Origin: Dehalococcoidia bacterium | GTDB taxonomy: Bacteria > Chloroflexota > Dehalococcoidia > Lucifugimonadales > UBA3495 | Direction of reading: 5' to 3' | DNA: 64,000 bases | Assembly: GCA_965261885.1 (NCBI GenBank) | Contig: CBDHDY010000034.1 | Span: forward strand, 19,474 to 83,473 | In this document: positions 29,450-40,324 of the stretch, piece by piece | How the letters are laid out: every line of letters starts with the position of its first letter | Position numbering within the stretch: the first letter of the stretch is position 1 | The notes under the pieces: generated by a model | Database searches by the model: none | What the model was told of the DNA's origin: nothing | The model's input: only the letters and a program-made list of their open reading frames with translations | Program-made: the position numbers and the translations under genes

Positions 29450-31393
29450 TCAGTCGTCTGCGGGTACCGGTGCAAAGCCTCGGCCCGGCAGTGCCTCGCT
29501 ACCCTCGCCGTTACTTTCAACGATGGCCAGAGGCTCTGAAATCAGCCCATAATTTACCGCATACAGGCGCTCGTAGACGCCTCCCATGGCCAGCAATTCC
29601 TCATGGTTTCCGATCTCCACCAGCCGGCCGCGGTTCAGAACAACTATCTTGTCGGCGTTTCGAACCGTGGAGAGCCGGTGTGCGATGACGATGGAAGTGC
29701 GGCCTTCCAGGACCCGCTTCAGTGCCCTCTGGATCAACAATTCTGTCTGGGTGTCGATGTTGGCAGTGGCCTCGTCCAGGATGATAATCCGGGGATTGCC
29801 AATGATGGCGCGGGCAAAGCTCAGCAGCTGCCGTTGCCCCACACTCAGGTTGACACCCCTTTCGGCCAGGACGGTGTCGTAGCCATTTTCCAGACCAATA
29901 ATAAAGTCGTGGGCTCCGACTGTTCTGGCCGCATCCATGACTTCCTGGATCGTGGCGTCCTCCTGGTTGTATCGTATGTTTTCGGCCACTGTGCCGGAGA
30001 ACAGGTACGGTTCCTGTAGCACCATGCTCATCTGTCCAGCTAGGGAACGGCGGGTCACGTGCCGTATGTCGTGGCCGTCCACCAGTATCTGACCCTGCGT
30101 AACGTCGGCGAAGCGGGCGATCAGTGTGACCAGAGTGCTCTTGCCGGCACCAGTGGATCCCACGATGGCTACGTTTTCCCCAGCACGAATGTGCAGGTTG
30201 ATGTCCTCCAGCACGTCGGTACCCGGCAAGTAGTGGAAGCGCACATCCCTGAACTCGATTTCGCCCTTGGCCGACGGCAAGTCCGGGGCGTCGGGGTCGT
30301 CTTCAACCTCGGGCTTCAGGTCCAGCACCTCGAATATGCGTACGCCGGCGGCCATGGCACGCTGGAGCTGGCTGTATTGCATGGTCAGGTGTCGAACGGG
30401 CTCGAAGAACCGCTGGATGTATAGGGCGAAAGCAACCAGCACGCCCCACTCCAGCGCGCCGCCCTTGGCCATTATTCCGCCAACCAGAACCACGCCGAAT
30501 CCCATGGCGATGCCGATGAGCATCTCCACAACGGGCTGCAGGGCGCCGGAGAAGCGGCTGGCTTCCAGGTTGGCGTTCAGGTGCTCAGAGTTCAACTCGT
30601 CGAAGTGGGCCATGTTGGCGTCCTGACGGTTGAGACTCTGTACCACGCGCACACCGGTTATATTCTGGTTGTACTCTCCGTTGACCATTGCGATCGCCCG
30701 GCGGATTCGCATGAAGGAATTCCGCGCGAACCTTTGCCAGTAGCCCAGGATAAAGAAAAGGGGCGGGACTATGGACAGACAGACCAAGGCGAGTTGCCAG
30801 TCGATGATAAGCATCATCACGATGATGCCCACGAGGCTCAGCAGGTCGGAGAAGCTCTGCACGATGAGCTCAAAAGTCTCCTGCAACTGGGCAACATCGC
30901 TTTGGCTGCGCGACATAATCTGGCCGACGGGAGTGCGGTGATAGAACGATGGAGACAGTTCCTGCAGGTGATTGAACATCTTGGTGCGAAGGGAATAGAG
31001 GATGCCCTGACCCACTCTGGGCATGAATACAAATTGCAGATAGTTTCCGATAAAATGCAGCACCGCGACCAGCAGGAATGCTGCGCCGACCCAGTGCAGC
31101 AATTCCAAGTCGCCTTCGTCAATGGCCACATTGATACCCACTGCAACCAGGTACGGAATGCAGACATTCGCTGCGGTGTAGAGCAAGACCGCCATCAGGG
31201 CCAGGGTGGCGTCGCGCTTGTAGGGTGCGATGTAGGTCATCAGCCGCATCACCACCCGGTGGTCGTAGGCAGCCCCCACGATGCCCTCGTCTTTAATGTT
31301 GTCGGCGTTGGCAGCGCGGTCCCCGGCCGCGTTCAGGCCGCGCATGCCACCCATCATTCCGCCGAAGCCGCCTCCCGGCCCTCCCATTCGCAT
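29450..31393 (-). CDS. ABC exporter, permease/ATPase fusion (heterodimer subunit)
   Basis: TM domain plus GSTGAGKST, LSVGQRQ, ILDEAT, IAHRLST. Confidence 0.93.
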   Translation of the reverse strand: MRMGGPGGGFGGMMGGMRGLNAAGDRAANADNIKDEGIVGAAYDHRVVMRLMTYIAPYKRDATLALMAVLLYTAANVCIPYLVAVGINVAIDEGDLELLHWVGAAFLLVAVLHFIGNYLQFVFMPRVGQGILYSLRTKMFNHLQELSPSFYHRTPVGQIMSRSQSDVAQLQETFELIVQSFSDLLSLVGIIVMMLIIDWQLALVCLSIVPPLFFILGYWQRFARNSFMRIRRAIAMVNGEYNQNITGVRVVQSLNRQDANMAHFDELNSEHLNANLEASRFSGALQPVVEMLIGIAMGFGVVLVGGIMAKGGALEWGVLVAFALYIQRFFEPVRHLTMQYSQLQRAMAAGVRIFEVLDLKPEVEDDPDAPDLPSAKGEIEFRDVRFHYLPGTDVLEDINLHIRAGENVAIVGSTGAGKSTLVTLIARFADVTQGQILVDGHDIRHVTRRSLAGQMSMVLQEPYLFSGTVAENIRYNQEDATIQEVMDAARTVGAHDFIIGLENGYDTVLAERGVNLSVGQRQLLSFARAIIGNPRIIILDEATANIDTQTELLIQRALKRVLEGRTSIVIAHRLSTVRNADKIVVLNRGRLVEIGNHEELLAMGGVYERLYAVNYGLISEPLAIVESNGEGSEALPGRGFAPVPADD

Positions 31394-31394
31394 G

Positions 31395-33206
31395 CTAGGG
31401 CCGCCCCACTGCGGTTTCTGGTGTTAATCCAACGTCCAGCATCATCTCCTCCTGGGGACGCAGCTGCAACTCGAGAATCTCGTGGTAGATTCCCCCTACA
31501 GCGTCCAGTTGTTCGTGGGAGCCCTGCTCTACGATCTGGCCCCGGTCCAGGACGATGATATGGTCGGCGTTCTGGACAGTGCTGAGGCGGTGAGCTATGA
31601 CGAAGGTGGTTCGTCCCCTCATCACCGCCACCATGGCAGCGTGGATCAGCCGCTCGGTCTCCACGTCCACGCTGGAGGTCGAGTCGTCAAGGATCAGGAT
31701 TGGCGGGTCAATCAGAACGCTGCGGGCGATGGACATCCGCTGCCTCTGACCACCGGAGAGGGTGGTGCCTCGTTCCCCCACCCAGGTGTCGTAGCCATCG
31801 GGGAGGGACATGATGTGGTCGTGCAACTGAGCAATCTTGGCAGCTTGCATCACGTCGTCCAGGGTTGCTTCGGTAGAGCCGTAGGCGATGTTGTTACGGA
31901 TGGTGGCGCTGAACAGGAAAACGTCCTGTTGCACAATTCCCACGTTGCGTCGCAGGGATTCCAAAGTAAGGTCGCGGATGTCTATGCCGTCTACAGTTAC
32001 ACGGCCCTCATCCACTTCGTAGAAGCGCGGAAGGAGGTTGACGATGGTGCTCTTGCCGCTCCCCGGAGCGCCAAGGATGGCGATGACCTGGTTCCGTTCC
32101 GCGGTGATGTTAACGTTCTGGAGAGCAGGAGCACGAGGATCATAGCCGAAGGACACGTTTTCAAAGCGGACCGTTCCTTCTGCGCGTCCCAGTTCAATGG
32201 CATCCTCCCGTTCCGACACTGGGGATTGGGCGTCGAGTACATCGAACAGCCGACGGCCGGAGGATATGGCCCGGGAGAAGCTGTTGATGATGAAGCCAGC
32301 CATGCGCACGGGGAAGGTGAGCTGGTTCAGGAACAGCATGAACATACCCAACTCGCCTGGTGACAGGTCCCCGCGTAGAACTTCCCACCCGCCGTACCAG
32401 AGTATGAGCCCCAGCGCCACGGTGAAATAGAAGGACATCCAGGCACTGTTGGTTCCCTGGGTCCGCTCCGACTGGAAATATTCGACGCGCAGCTGTTGCG
32501 CTTTGCGATCGTACTTTCGCTTCTCGTATTCCTCTGAGGCAAAGGCCTTGACCACGTGCATTCCGACCAGGTTCTCCTGCAGGACGGTCACAGTTTCGCC
32601 CATGGTTATCTGCGCCTGGGTCCACATGGTTCGCAGGCGGCCCATCACAAGCACGGAACGCGTAACGATAAACGGAATGAAGGCCAGGCTGATGAGTGTC
32701 AGTTCCCAGTTGATGAAAATGAGTATCGCCAGCAACGCCACAGCGCGAAGACCTGCCTCGATGGAGCGGACCATGCCGATGTTGACGTAACGGCGAATCG
32801 CCTCCACGTCCGCAGTGGCCTTCGACATCAGATCGCCGGTGTGCTCGCGGTCGTGATAGGCGAAACTCATGTGCTGCAACTTGTTGTAGAACTGGTTGCG
32901 CAGCACATAGGAGACCTTCTGGGAGAGCGAGTCGGTGGTGTAGGTGCGGGCGAAGTCGAAGAAGCCCCGGCACAGGCTGGCTACCAGCAACCCAATGGCA
33001 AGCCACAGCAGGGTGGAATTCAGAGGATTATTGCCGATGAAAGACTCGGAGGCTTCGTCATACGCGACCAGGGTGTCGATGGCCTGGCCGAAGAGAAAGG
33101 GGATGAAAAGGGAGAAGCCGACGGCGATGGCAAAGGTGACGTAGGCCAAAATAAGGCGACTGCGAAACTGCCACGCAATTCTGTTTATACGGATGAGTAT
33201 TTCCAT
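31395..33206 (-). CDS. ABC exporter, permease/ATPase fusion (heterodimer subunit)
   Basis: GAPGSGKST, LSGGQRQR, degenerate Walker B ILDDS. Confidence 0.93.
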   Translation of the reverse strand: MEILIRINRIAWQFRSRLILAYVTFAIAVGFSLFIPFLFGQAIDTLVAYDEASESFIGNNPLNSTLLWLAIGLLVASLCRGFFDFARTYTTDSLSQKVSYVLRNQFYNKLQHMSFAYHDREHTGDLMSKATADVEAIRRYVNIGMVRSIEAGLRAVALLAILIFINWELTLISLAFIPFIVTRSVLVMGRLRTMWTQAQITMGETVTVLQENLVGMHVVKAFASEEYEKRKYDRKAQQLRVEYFQSERTQGTNSAWMSFYFTVALGLILWYGGWEVLRGDLSPGELGMFMLFLNQLTFPVRMAGFIINSFSRAISSGRRLFDVLDAQSPVSEREDAIELGRAEGTVRFENVSFGYDPRAPALQNVNITAERNQVIAILGAPGSGKSTIVNLLPRFYEVDEGRVTVDGIDIRDLTLESLRRNVGIVQQDVFLFSATIRNNIAYGSTEATLDDVMQAAKIAQLHDHIMSLPDGYDTWVGERGTTLSGGQRQRMSIARSVLIDPPILILDDSTSSVDVETERLIHAAMVAVMRGRTTFVIAHRLSTVQNADHIIVLDRGQIVEQGSHEQLDAVGGIYHEILELQLRPQEEMMLDVGLTPETAVGRP

Positions 33207-33304
33207 TTGGAGGGTCCGTTCACCTTGTCCTTTTCAGTCTTTCAGTATCCTGGTTTCCTCCTATAGCGCAGCAGTTCGCTCAAAAAGCCACGATTACGGC
33301 AGAA

Positions 33305-34984
33305 CTACATTCGTTCCGGGGCGGTCATGCCCATCAGATCGAGGGAGCGACGGAAAACAATCTGTGCTGATTCCACCAGCTTGAGGCGTGCCAAGGTAAT
33401 TTCGGCGTCCTCGGGACTGGCTGAAATTACCCGGCAATTCTCGTAGAAACCGTGGAAAGCAGTCGCCAGTTCCATGGTGAAATGGGCCAGATGGTGCGGC
33501 TCCAAGCTCTGCGCCATCTGCTGCACCAGTTCAGGCAGGCGAAGCATGTGCCGTATCAGGGCCAGTTCGCTGGGATGGGTCAGTAGGGAAACGTCGCCCC
33601 CGCTCCAGTTGATGTCTTGTTCACGGGCCAAGCTCAGGATGCCGGCGTTTCGAGCGTGGGCATATTGGACATAATAGACAGGGTTTTCAGACGACTCTTT
33701 CTTCGCCAGTTCGAGGTCGAACTCCATCTGCGTTGACGGGGTACGCGACAGGAAGAAGAAGCGGCAGGCATCGCCGCCCACCTCGTCTGCCAGATCGCGC
33801 AAAGAAACGAACTCGCCGGTACGCTTCGAGGCCCGCACGACCTCTTCGCCTCGCTTCAGAGTGACCATCTGGGCAATCAGGATGGTGAGGCGGTCAGGGT
33901 CGATTCCCAGTCCCTCTATCGCCGCCTTGACACGCGGGACATGTCCCTGGTGGTCGGCCCCCCAGATGTTGACCACAGAGTCGAAGCCGCGCCCGATGAA
34001 CTTGTTGTGGTGGTAGGCGATGTCCGACGCGAAGTAGGTGGGTTCACCCGATGTGCGAACCACCACGTTGTCTTTTTCGTCGCCCAGCATGGTCGAATTG
34101 AACCACAAGGCGTCCTCCCGTTGCGAGAGGTAGCCCTGCTCTCTCAACTGACCAAGGGCTGCGTCATATTCGCCACTGGCGAAAAGAGTTCGCTCGCTGA
34201 ACCAGTTGTCGAACTGCACGCCTATCTTGCCCAGGTCTTCGCGAATGAGCCCCACCATCTTTTCGCGGGCAAGATCGCCGATTTCCCGAATGGCCTGATC
34301 CTCCGGCAGGTTCAGGAACCGGTCGCCCTCAGATTCTGCGATTTCCTGCGAGAGATCGAAGATGTAATCGCCCATATAGCCGTTGGCTGGCATTTCCGAT
34401 TCCCGGCCGAAATACTGCCGGTAACGCGTAAGCACCGACCGGTAAAATGCCTCCATCTGGGTTCCAGCGTCGTTTACATAATACTCCCTGGTGACCAAGA
34501 ACCCGGCGGCCTCCAGCACATTTGCCAGAGCGCTTCCCATTACTGCGCCGCGGGTGTGGCCAACGTGAACGGGTCCGGTGGGATTGACGCTGACGAATTC
34601 CACCATGACACTGCGGCCCTCGCCGCAATCGACGTTGCCGAAGGATGCCCCAGCCGCCCGCACCTCCTCCACCTGCTGCTGGAGCCAGGCGTCCTTGAGA
34701 CGGAAGTTGATGAATCCTGGTGGGGCTGCCTCCACCAGGCCAATGGAAGCGCTCTCAGGCGTTCGAGCCACAAGTGCCTGAGCGAGTTCCAAGGGGTTGA
34801 TGCGCGTGGCCCGGGCAAGGCGCAGGGGTAAATTGGTTGCAAAGTCTCCGTGGTCCGGATTTCCGGGGTGCTCCACCTGGATGTCCGGCATAGTTTCCAG
34901 CCGGACCACTCCATCATTTCGAGCAGTCTCAACGGCTTGGGCAAGCAGGTGCCGGACGCTTTCGATCACCAAGGTAGTCGACAT
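33305..34984 (-). CDS. argS: Arginine--tRNA ligase
   Basis: EFVSVNPTGPVHVGH, EYYVNDAG, WGADH, YYVQYAHAR, C-terminal APERM; start set at ATG 34984. Confidence 0.96.
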   Translation of the reverse strand: MSTTLVIESVRHLLAQAVETARNDGVVRLETMPDIQVEHPGNPDHGDFATNLPLRLARATRINPLELAQALVARTPESASIGLVEAAPPGFINFRLKDAWLQQQVEEVRAAGASFGNVDCGEGRSVMVEFVSVNPTGPVHVGHTRGAVMGSALANVLEAAGFLVTREYYVNDAGTQMEAFYRSVLTRYRQYFGRESEMPANGYMGDYIFDLSQEIAESEGDRFLNLPEDQAIREIGDLAREKMVGLIREDLGKIGVQFDNWFSERTLFASGEYDAALGQLREQGYLSQREDALWFNSTMLGDEKDNVVVRTSGEPTYFASDIAYHHNKFIGRGFDSVVNIWGADHQGHVPRVKAAIEGLGIDPDRLTILIAQMVTLKRGEEVVRASKRTGEFVSLRDLADEVGGDACRFFFLSRTPSTQMEFDLELAKKESSENPVYYVQYAHARNAGILSLAREQDINWSGGDVSLLTHPSELALIRHMLRLPELVQQMAQSLEPHHLAHFTMELATAFHGFYENCRVISASPEDAEITLARLKLVESAQIVFRRSLDLMGMTAPERM

Positions 34985-35225
34985 AACGGAGCTAACCTCG
35001 CTCGCGTCGGTGTTGCCGTGAATCTGTAGTGCATCGGGGGAAGGCGGGCTCACGTGCCAATTCACGCGATGCCACTTCCCGCAAGGAAAAGCCAATTCTA
35101 CCACATTGGTGTAGATTTTTAGGGTTTTCCAGTCCGCGCTAATTCCCTTTTTATTCAGTAGAGTTTCCCGTATTACTCTGTGGTTGTTTGCGCCCTTCCG
35201 GTTCCACGCTCCAATTGGTCTTTAG

Positions 35226-35243
35226 CCCGAATCCACCGAGGGG
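35226..35243 (-). repeat. Isolated IS1380-type terminal inverted repeat
   Basis: cccgaatccaccgagggg is the reverse complement of 43961-43978 (cccttcggtggatttggg) at 16/18. Confidence 0.6.
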
Positions 35244-35248
35244 GTGCG

Positions 35249-36020
35249 TCAGGTTAGCGCGCTGAAGCGGCCAAAAGTGTCAAGGGCGTCGGTCAGGCCC
35301 CCGCCGCGCTGGGCCTGAATCGGGTCTATCTCAGCGTCCTCATATTCCAGCGTGATACGGACCGAGGACTGTTTCTCGGTGCGGTAGGCGGTCTTGCCCT
35401 CGGGGAACCCGTTCATCTGCGCCTCGCTCACCTCTTGGCCATACAGGCCCTCGACTGTCCGAGACCCGGAGAAGGCCACAAGAGCGCGGAACGTCAGCCC
35501 ATCCTCGGCAATCCGCTCCCTGTTGGCGTTGTAGTACCGTCTGGCCCGGTCCACGCCGTCGACGACGACCATGGCCCTGGCCTGCCCTGCCCGCCCATCC
35601 CCTTGGGGACGAATATGGATTCGTTGAAGTGGTCGACGATGATCCCGGCCTTCTGAGGGATGGCGTATTCGTCGTTCTCCGCAGGCATGCGGAGCTTCTT
35701 CTGGGCGCGCCTGGGGTCGAACTGCGTGTCATCCTCGATGTTCTTGAAGATGTTGAAGTACCGGCTGACCGGAGTATCGTTGGCCAGCACGTGCACGATG
35801 AAGCCCTCCTGTATGGCTTGCTTGATGGTGTAGACGTGGAAAGGCAGGTGTTTGACCGCGCCGTCAGGCTACGGGCCGGGGGTTCCGAACAGCTCCAGGG
35901 TCTTGTTCTTGGGAGTCGCGGTGAAGGCGAAGTACGAGGCGCTGGACAGGAGTTGCCTACTCTCGATAATCCGGTTGACCTGGTCCTCAAAGGTGTCCTC
36001 GTCGTCATCGTTTGCGGGGG
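35249..36020 (-). pseudogene. Type I restriction subunit R fragment (second, degraded hsdR)
   Basis: YFAFTATPKNKTLELFG, FHVYTIKQAIQEGFI, KAGIIVDHF, AMVVVD, ALVAFSG spread over frames with stops. Confidence 0.8.
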
Positions 36021-36029
36021 ACGGGCCCA

Positions 36030-36260
36030 GCGCGTCGGACTCCGCGGCGATCAGCCGGCCATGCATCTCCGGGACCTCGGGAAACCGGTCCAGCCTCGCC
36101 AGCTGTGCCCGGTTCAACTCGGACAGTTCCATCCCGCTCACCGAGTCCAGCGCCTCCAGCAATGCCGACGGTTCCAGGGAACTGCCCAGCTTGGCCGACA
36201 GGTAGTGGAACTCGGCCACCACGATGGCAGGAACCACCACCGTGGCGTTGCGGATCATGC
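36030..36260 (-). pseudogene. PIN-domain (VapC-like) fragment
   Basis: VVPAIVVAEFHYL ... PEMHGRLIAA fused in frame to the hsdR remnant. Confidence 0.55.
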
Positions 36261-36307
36261 CCTTGGCGGGCATCTGCGAGGCGTCAGCCTGCAGGTTTGA
36301 CCTCAGG

Positions 36308-37366
36308 TTAGAGGGATTGAGTCCCCACCTCGAAGGTCTCGGGGGAGTCCCCTTCAGCCACACAGTTGATGGGGACGATTTTGTACCTGTAGCTTCTGCC
36401 GGGTTCCAAGTACTGGTGGGTAAACTCCGGTTCCTTCACTGTCGCGAGAACTTTGTTCTCCTCCCCAAAGGCCGTTACGCTGATGATCCTGTAGGAGTGG
36501 ATTTCGGATTCTCCTCCGTCCGGATCTTCCCATCTCAATATGATGGTGTCCATGGTGGTAGTGGTTTCGGTGAAGGAGCGTATCGGGCTGTGTTTCCCGA
36601 TGTAAGGCGCGTGTGAGGCAGGGGCTTCTCCAATAGCCGGAAGGCCTCCTCCGATTCTCTCATCGCCTGATCGAGCAAGATTGCCGCATCGTCGATCTTG
36701 AGGGCTTCCAGCACTCCTGTGGCTTTGATAACTCTGGTCGAGTTCTGGTTGGCCTACTGTTTCAAGCTTCTCAAATGGGACGAATTTACATCCATGCGCC
36801 TTTCTACTTCCTCCATGGTTCTCTCGGCCTCATCCATCGCGGTTTCGTACCTGTTGCTCCTTTCCTTGGCTATCAATGTGGTGATGCCGATGATTCCCAA
36901 TCCGACGAGGGTCCCGATCCCTGTGAGGACGAAAGGAGCTGCTGCGATTCCCAGCCCTTCTGCCGCCACCGCTACCCCGCCGAACCATGCGGCGGTCGCA
37001 CTGGTCGCGGCCGCCCCGGAGAGACCGCCGATGGCGGCCCTGTGGAAGCCGTTCCAAATGTTCCGACCAGTGCCCAAGCTCCGGCAGGCGCTCCTATGGC
37101 ACCCGCCAGTCCCAACACGCCTCCAGTCCTGGCTACTCCAGTATTGTCGATGGCGCTGACCGTCTGGTCTCTAGGGTCTACTCCTCCTTTGTACCAGCCA
37201 GTAACTACTATGCTTTGTTCATATACCGCCAACGTCCCTGAGTCGACAGCGGCCCTCTTGGCGTCTCACAAAGCTTGTTCCAGATTCGCAAACGCGGCCC
37301 AAGCTGACGCTCTTGTTGTGAGATACTCCTCGGCAGCTTTTTCGTGGTTGTTACAGTTGTTTGCAT
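36308..37366 (-). pseudogene. Degraded glycine-zipper membrane protein with C-terminal fibronectin type III domain
   Basis: FGTASTG/AIGGLSGAAATSATAAWFGG motif across a frameshift, internal stops, FN3 ILRWEDP..SYRI..LEPGRSYRYKIVPIN. Confidence 0.65.
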
Positions 37367-38011
37367 GGGTTTCCTCCCTTATGGGGCAAGTTCCATCCTC
37401 TTGTGTTCTGGGGGTGCGTGGTCAACTACCCTTCAGTCTCCGGGAAATCGTCCGAGGAACTGATGGTTCATTGTCCGCCGGGCGCGACGCCTACAACAAC
37501 CTAACTATCAGCAATTCCAGGCACAACGCCGGTTCTCAAAAGGCTCACAATTTCGAGGAGACAGGGACATAGTTGCGACTCCCAACGACACATCTGACTG
37601 TCGGAATCCCTAGATGTGCATTGGCCGTGGCTACTTCTGCACGCACGGGTGGGGCACCATTTCCGCGGCAGCTATGGTACGAGAGGTCGTTGGCCTCGCC
37701 ACAACGTGACTTTCGAAACTCACTCTCTGTGATGCGGCTGTAGTTAGTTGGCTGCGACTGTATCCAAAGCCACGATTGGGTTGGCTCTAAGGTTCTTCAT
37801 CCGGGTCGGCCGTTGGCGTTGGTTCCCTCCGTCGCAACGGGAATATGGACCAGGGCCACCGCCGCTGCTTCCGCACGTATATGAACAGACCCACCACTCC
37901 AGCAACAACCCAGACCCCGATCACCGCGAGAATGATCGCCAGAAACGGTCCTGGTATTCCACCATCGTCCTCCACGGTCGGTGTCTCTGTTGGCTCCGCT
38001 TCTGCCTCTAG

Positions 38012-39572
38012 GAGCCCGTCTGAGGATTGACCAACTGGCGGTGTCGGTCAGCCGGGATTACCCTGCGGCAACGGTTCTGGCGTGGTGCAGACGGGCACAT
38101 GCGGATTGTCGCTTGAAAAGCCCACTGCCCATGGTCCGGTACGTGGCCCTGTTGTTCCCATTGGCTCCTTTACCCCTCACCTTGCCAGCGCCACCGGCCC
38201 CGAATCGGAACAGCTTGAGCAGGTTGTGGCCGGCGCAGATCAGCAGCCATTCCCGGTTTACCTTCACCAGACCCCGCAGCAGGAACTGCCGGAAGCCCCG
38301 GCCCTGCTTGATCTGGCCGAATACCGGTTCCACCGTCTCCATCCGAAGGGCGTAACGCTGCCTGCCTCGCTTGGTTTGTAGCTTGCGCCGCATCCGTTCC
38401 CTGGCCGACAGTCCCTTGGGTATGCGGCCCCGGGGCGCCGGTGGCGGCACCCAGCCGTGGCGGGTTTTCTCCGGCGCGACGAACGGGTCCACTCCCAGGG
38501 CGCAGAGTTCCTCAACCTCCTTGGCCGAGTAGTACCCGGCGTCGGCGGATACCTCCTTTGGGACTGTGCCCACGTTCAGGATGGTCTCCTCAATCATGCA
38601 CACGGCCTGCCCCTTGTCCGAGGGCTGATCGGTGGCACGGGCCGCCACGATCACCTGATGCTCGCTGTCCACCACCGCCTGACAGTTGTAGGACTGCTGG
38701 AAATCCCTCCCTCCCGGGCCGGGCATGATGCGGGAGTCCGGGTCGGTGAAGTTCCGCTGCGCCTTGTCATCAGGCACCCCGGGGTGATTCCGTCCCTCGG
38801 ACTCAGCCTGCTCCGCCTCCGCCTGTGCCTCGGCCTCCAGCGCCGCCTTGGCCTCCCGTATCTTCCGCAGCCGTCCCTCCCGGAAGGCCAGTTCCTCCGG
38901 CAACTCATCCCCACGCCTGTCCTTCCCGTACCGGCGGTCCTCCTCCTCGTCCACCTCCTGCGCCTTGCGGAGCAACTCGTCCACCTCGGCCTGCAACCGC
39001 GCTTCCTTCTCTTTCATCCGCCCGTAGCTCATCGCCTTGTGCCTGGAGGCATTGGCCCTCACCTTGGTCCCGTCCAGCGCCACGTGCCCCAGCTTCACCA
39101 GCCCGGCCTGCTGGCACAACGCCAGCACCTGCAGGAACAGGTTCCCCAACGCCTCCAGATGGTCCTTTCGGAAGTCGGAGACGGTGCGGAAGTCCGGCGT
39201 GTTGTTCGCCGCCAGCACCCGGAAGGCGATGTCTTCGTGCAGCCGCTGGGCGATGCGCCTCGAGGAGGCCACGCCGGCGCAGTAGCCGTAGAGCAGCACC
39301 TTCACCATCATCCTGGGATGGTAGGGAGGGCCGCCCCGCCTCTCCTGCTCGTAGCGGGCGGTGATGTCCGATAGGTCCAACTGATCCACGACGTCGGAGG
39401 TGAAGTAGGCCAGGTGGTCCGGCGGCAGCCATTCCTGGAGGGCCGCCGGCAGCAGCAACTGCTGGTCCGGATCGTAGGGAAGGTAGGTCTTGCTCATTGA
39501 CCGCTCCGCTCGTCTGATGCTCACACCATCATACCCTCGATGGCTCACCAATCCTGTTTCTCGGACAGGCTG
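38012..39572 (-). mobile_element. IS1182-family insertion sequence
   Basis: Imperfect IRs gagcccgtctgagga / cagcctgtccgagaa, CTAG target duplication at 38008-38011 and 39573-39576. Confidence 0.9.
38058..39497 (-). CDS. IS1182-family transposase
   Basis: YHPRMMVKVLLYGY, PDFRTVSDFR, LDGTKVRANAS, NFTDPDSRIM, ADAGY, VEPVFGQIK. Confidence 0.93.
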   Translation of the reverse strand: MSKTYLPYDPDQQLLLPAALQEWLPPDHLAYFTSDVVDQLDLSDITARYEQERRGGPPYHPRMMVKVLLYGYCAGVASSRRIAQRLHEDIAFRVLAANNTPDFRTVSDFRKDHLEALGNLFLQVLALCQQAGLVKLGHVALDGTKVRANASRHKAMSYGRMKEKEARLQAEVDELLRKAQEVDEEEDRRYGKDRRGDELPEELAFREGRLRKIREAKAALEAEAQAEAEQAESEGRNHPGVPDDKAQRNFTDPDSRIMPGPGGRDFQQSYNCQAVVDSEHQVIVAARATDQPSDKGQAVCMIEETILNVGTVPKEVSADAGYYSAKEVEELCALGVDPFVAPEKTRHGWVPPPAPRGRIPKGLSARERMRRKLQTKRGRQRYALRMETVEPVFGQIKQGRGFRQFLLRGLVKVNREWLLICAGHNLLKLFRFGAGGAGKVRGKGANGNNRATYRTMGSGLFKRQSACARLHHARTVAAG

Positions 39573-40324
39573 CTAGTGCGGGTAACGCTGTGGGCGCGGG
39601 GGTAGGGGTCTCAGTGGCAGTTGGCACGGGCGTCCCGGTTGGCGTCGCCGTGGGTGAGGGCTCCGGCGTGGCTGTCTCGGTAGCCGGAGGTAGCGGCGTG
39701 GCGGTAGGCACGGGCGTCGCCGTTGGTGTTGGAGTGATAGTGGGCTCAGGTACCAGGCGTCGCCGTCGGTTCAGGGATGGCCGTCGGCTCTGCAGTCGGT
39801 GTCCGCTCCGGGGTTGACTCCAGGGTTGGCTCCGGGGTTTGTGTCGGCTGCGGTGTTGCCGTGGGCATCGCCGTAGGAGGTGGTGTCGGCGTAGCCGGTG
39901 CTCCCACCCTCAGGATGGTGGCGCCACCAATCGCCTCCTCATTCCTGAACGAGTCAAGGAGCACACCGGAGAAGCTGTACTCCCCCTCCTCATCCGGCGC
40001 CCGGGCCGTATAGGTGAACTCCTCATCACCCAGCAGGGTGAATTTCATGGTGCCGATCGTTGACCCGACGGCTGCTTCGGAAAGGGTCGTCCCAAGGAAA
40101 GCGAACCCTTCCGGCAGGGTTTCCTGCACCTGCCCGAAGGGGCCGTAGTCGTTGACGGCGATGGTCACGGTTATTTCCCCTCCGGGGGCCACCCATTCGG
40201 AGGAGAAAGAACGCACCGCGGCGTGTTCCGAGGCTGACACTACACCGATCGCCACCGGGCCCGCCGCCAGGAGGGCCGTAGCAATCAGTACCAACGCCAT
40301 GCCGACAATCTTGCTCAAGGCCGG

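Larger units (their letters stand above)
37787..40318 (-). pseudogene. Secreted, membrane-anchored surface protein (signal peptide, cohesin/Ig-like domain, Pro/Thr linker, C-terminal TM + basic tail); frameshift near 39750 and split by IS1182
   Basis: Removing the IS at the CTAG duplication joins ...TALPAL|EAEAEPTETPTVEDDGGIPGPFLAIILAVIGVWVVAGVVGLFIYVRKQRR in frame. Confidence 0.8.

Noticed and set aside
35100-35250. attL/attR duplicate of the tRNA-Asn 3' end at the island's left border
   Set aside because: No matching sequence found by eye, so the boundary remains approximate.
39580-39900. CRISPR or tandem DNA repeat array
   Set aside because: Degenerate codon-level repeats encoding a Pro/Thr linker; no constant repeat-spacer structure and no cas genes. 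No CRISPR array was seen in the window.
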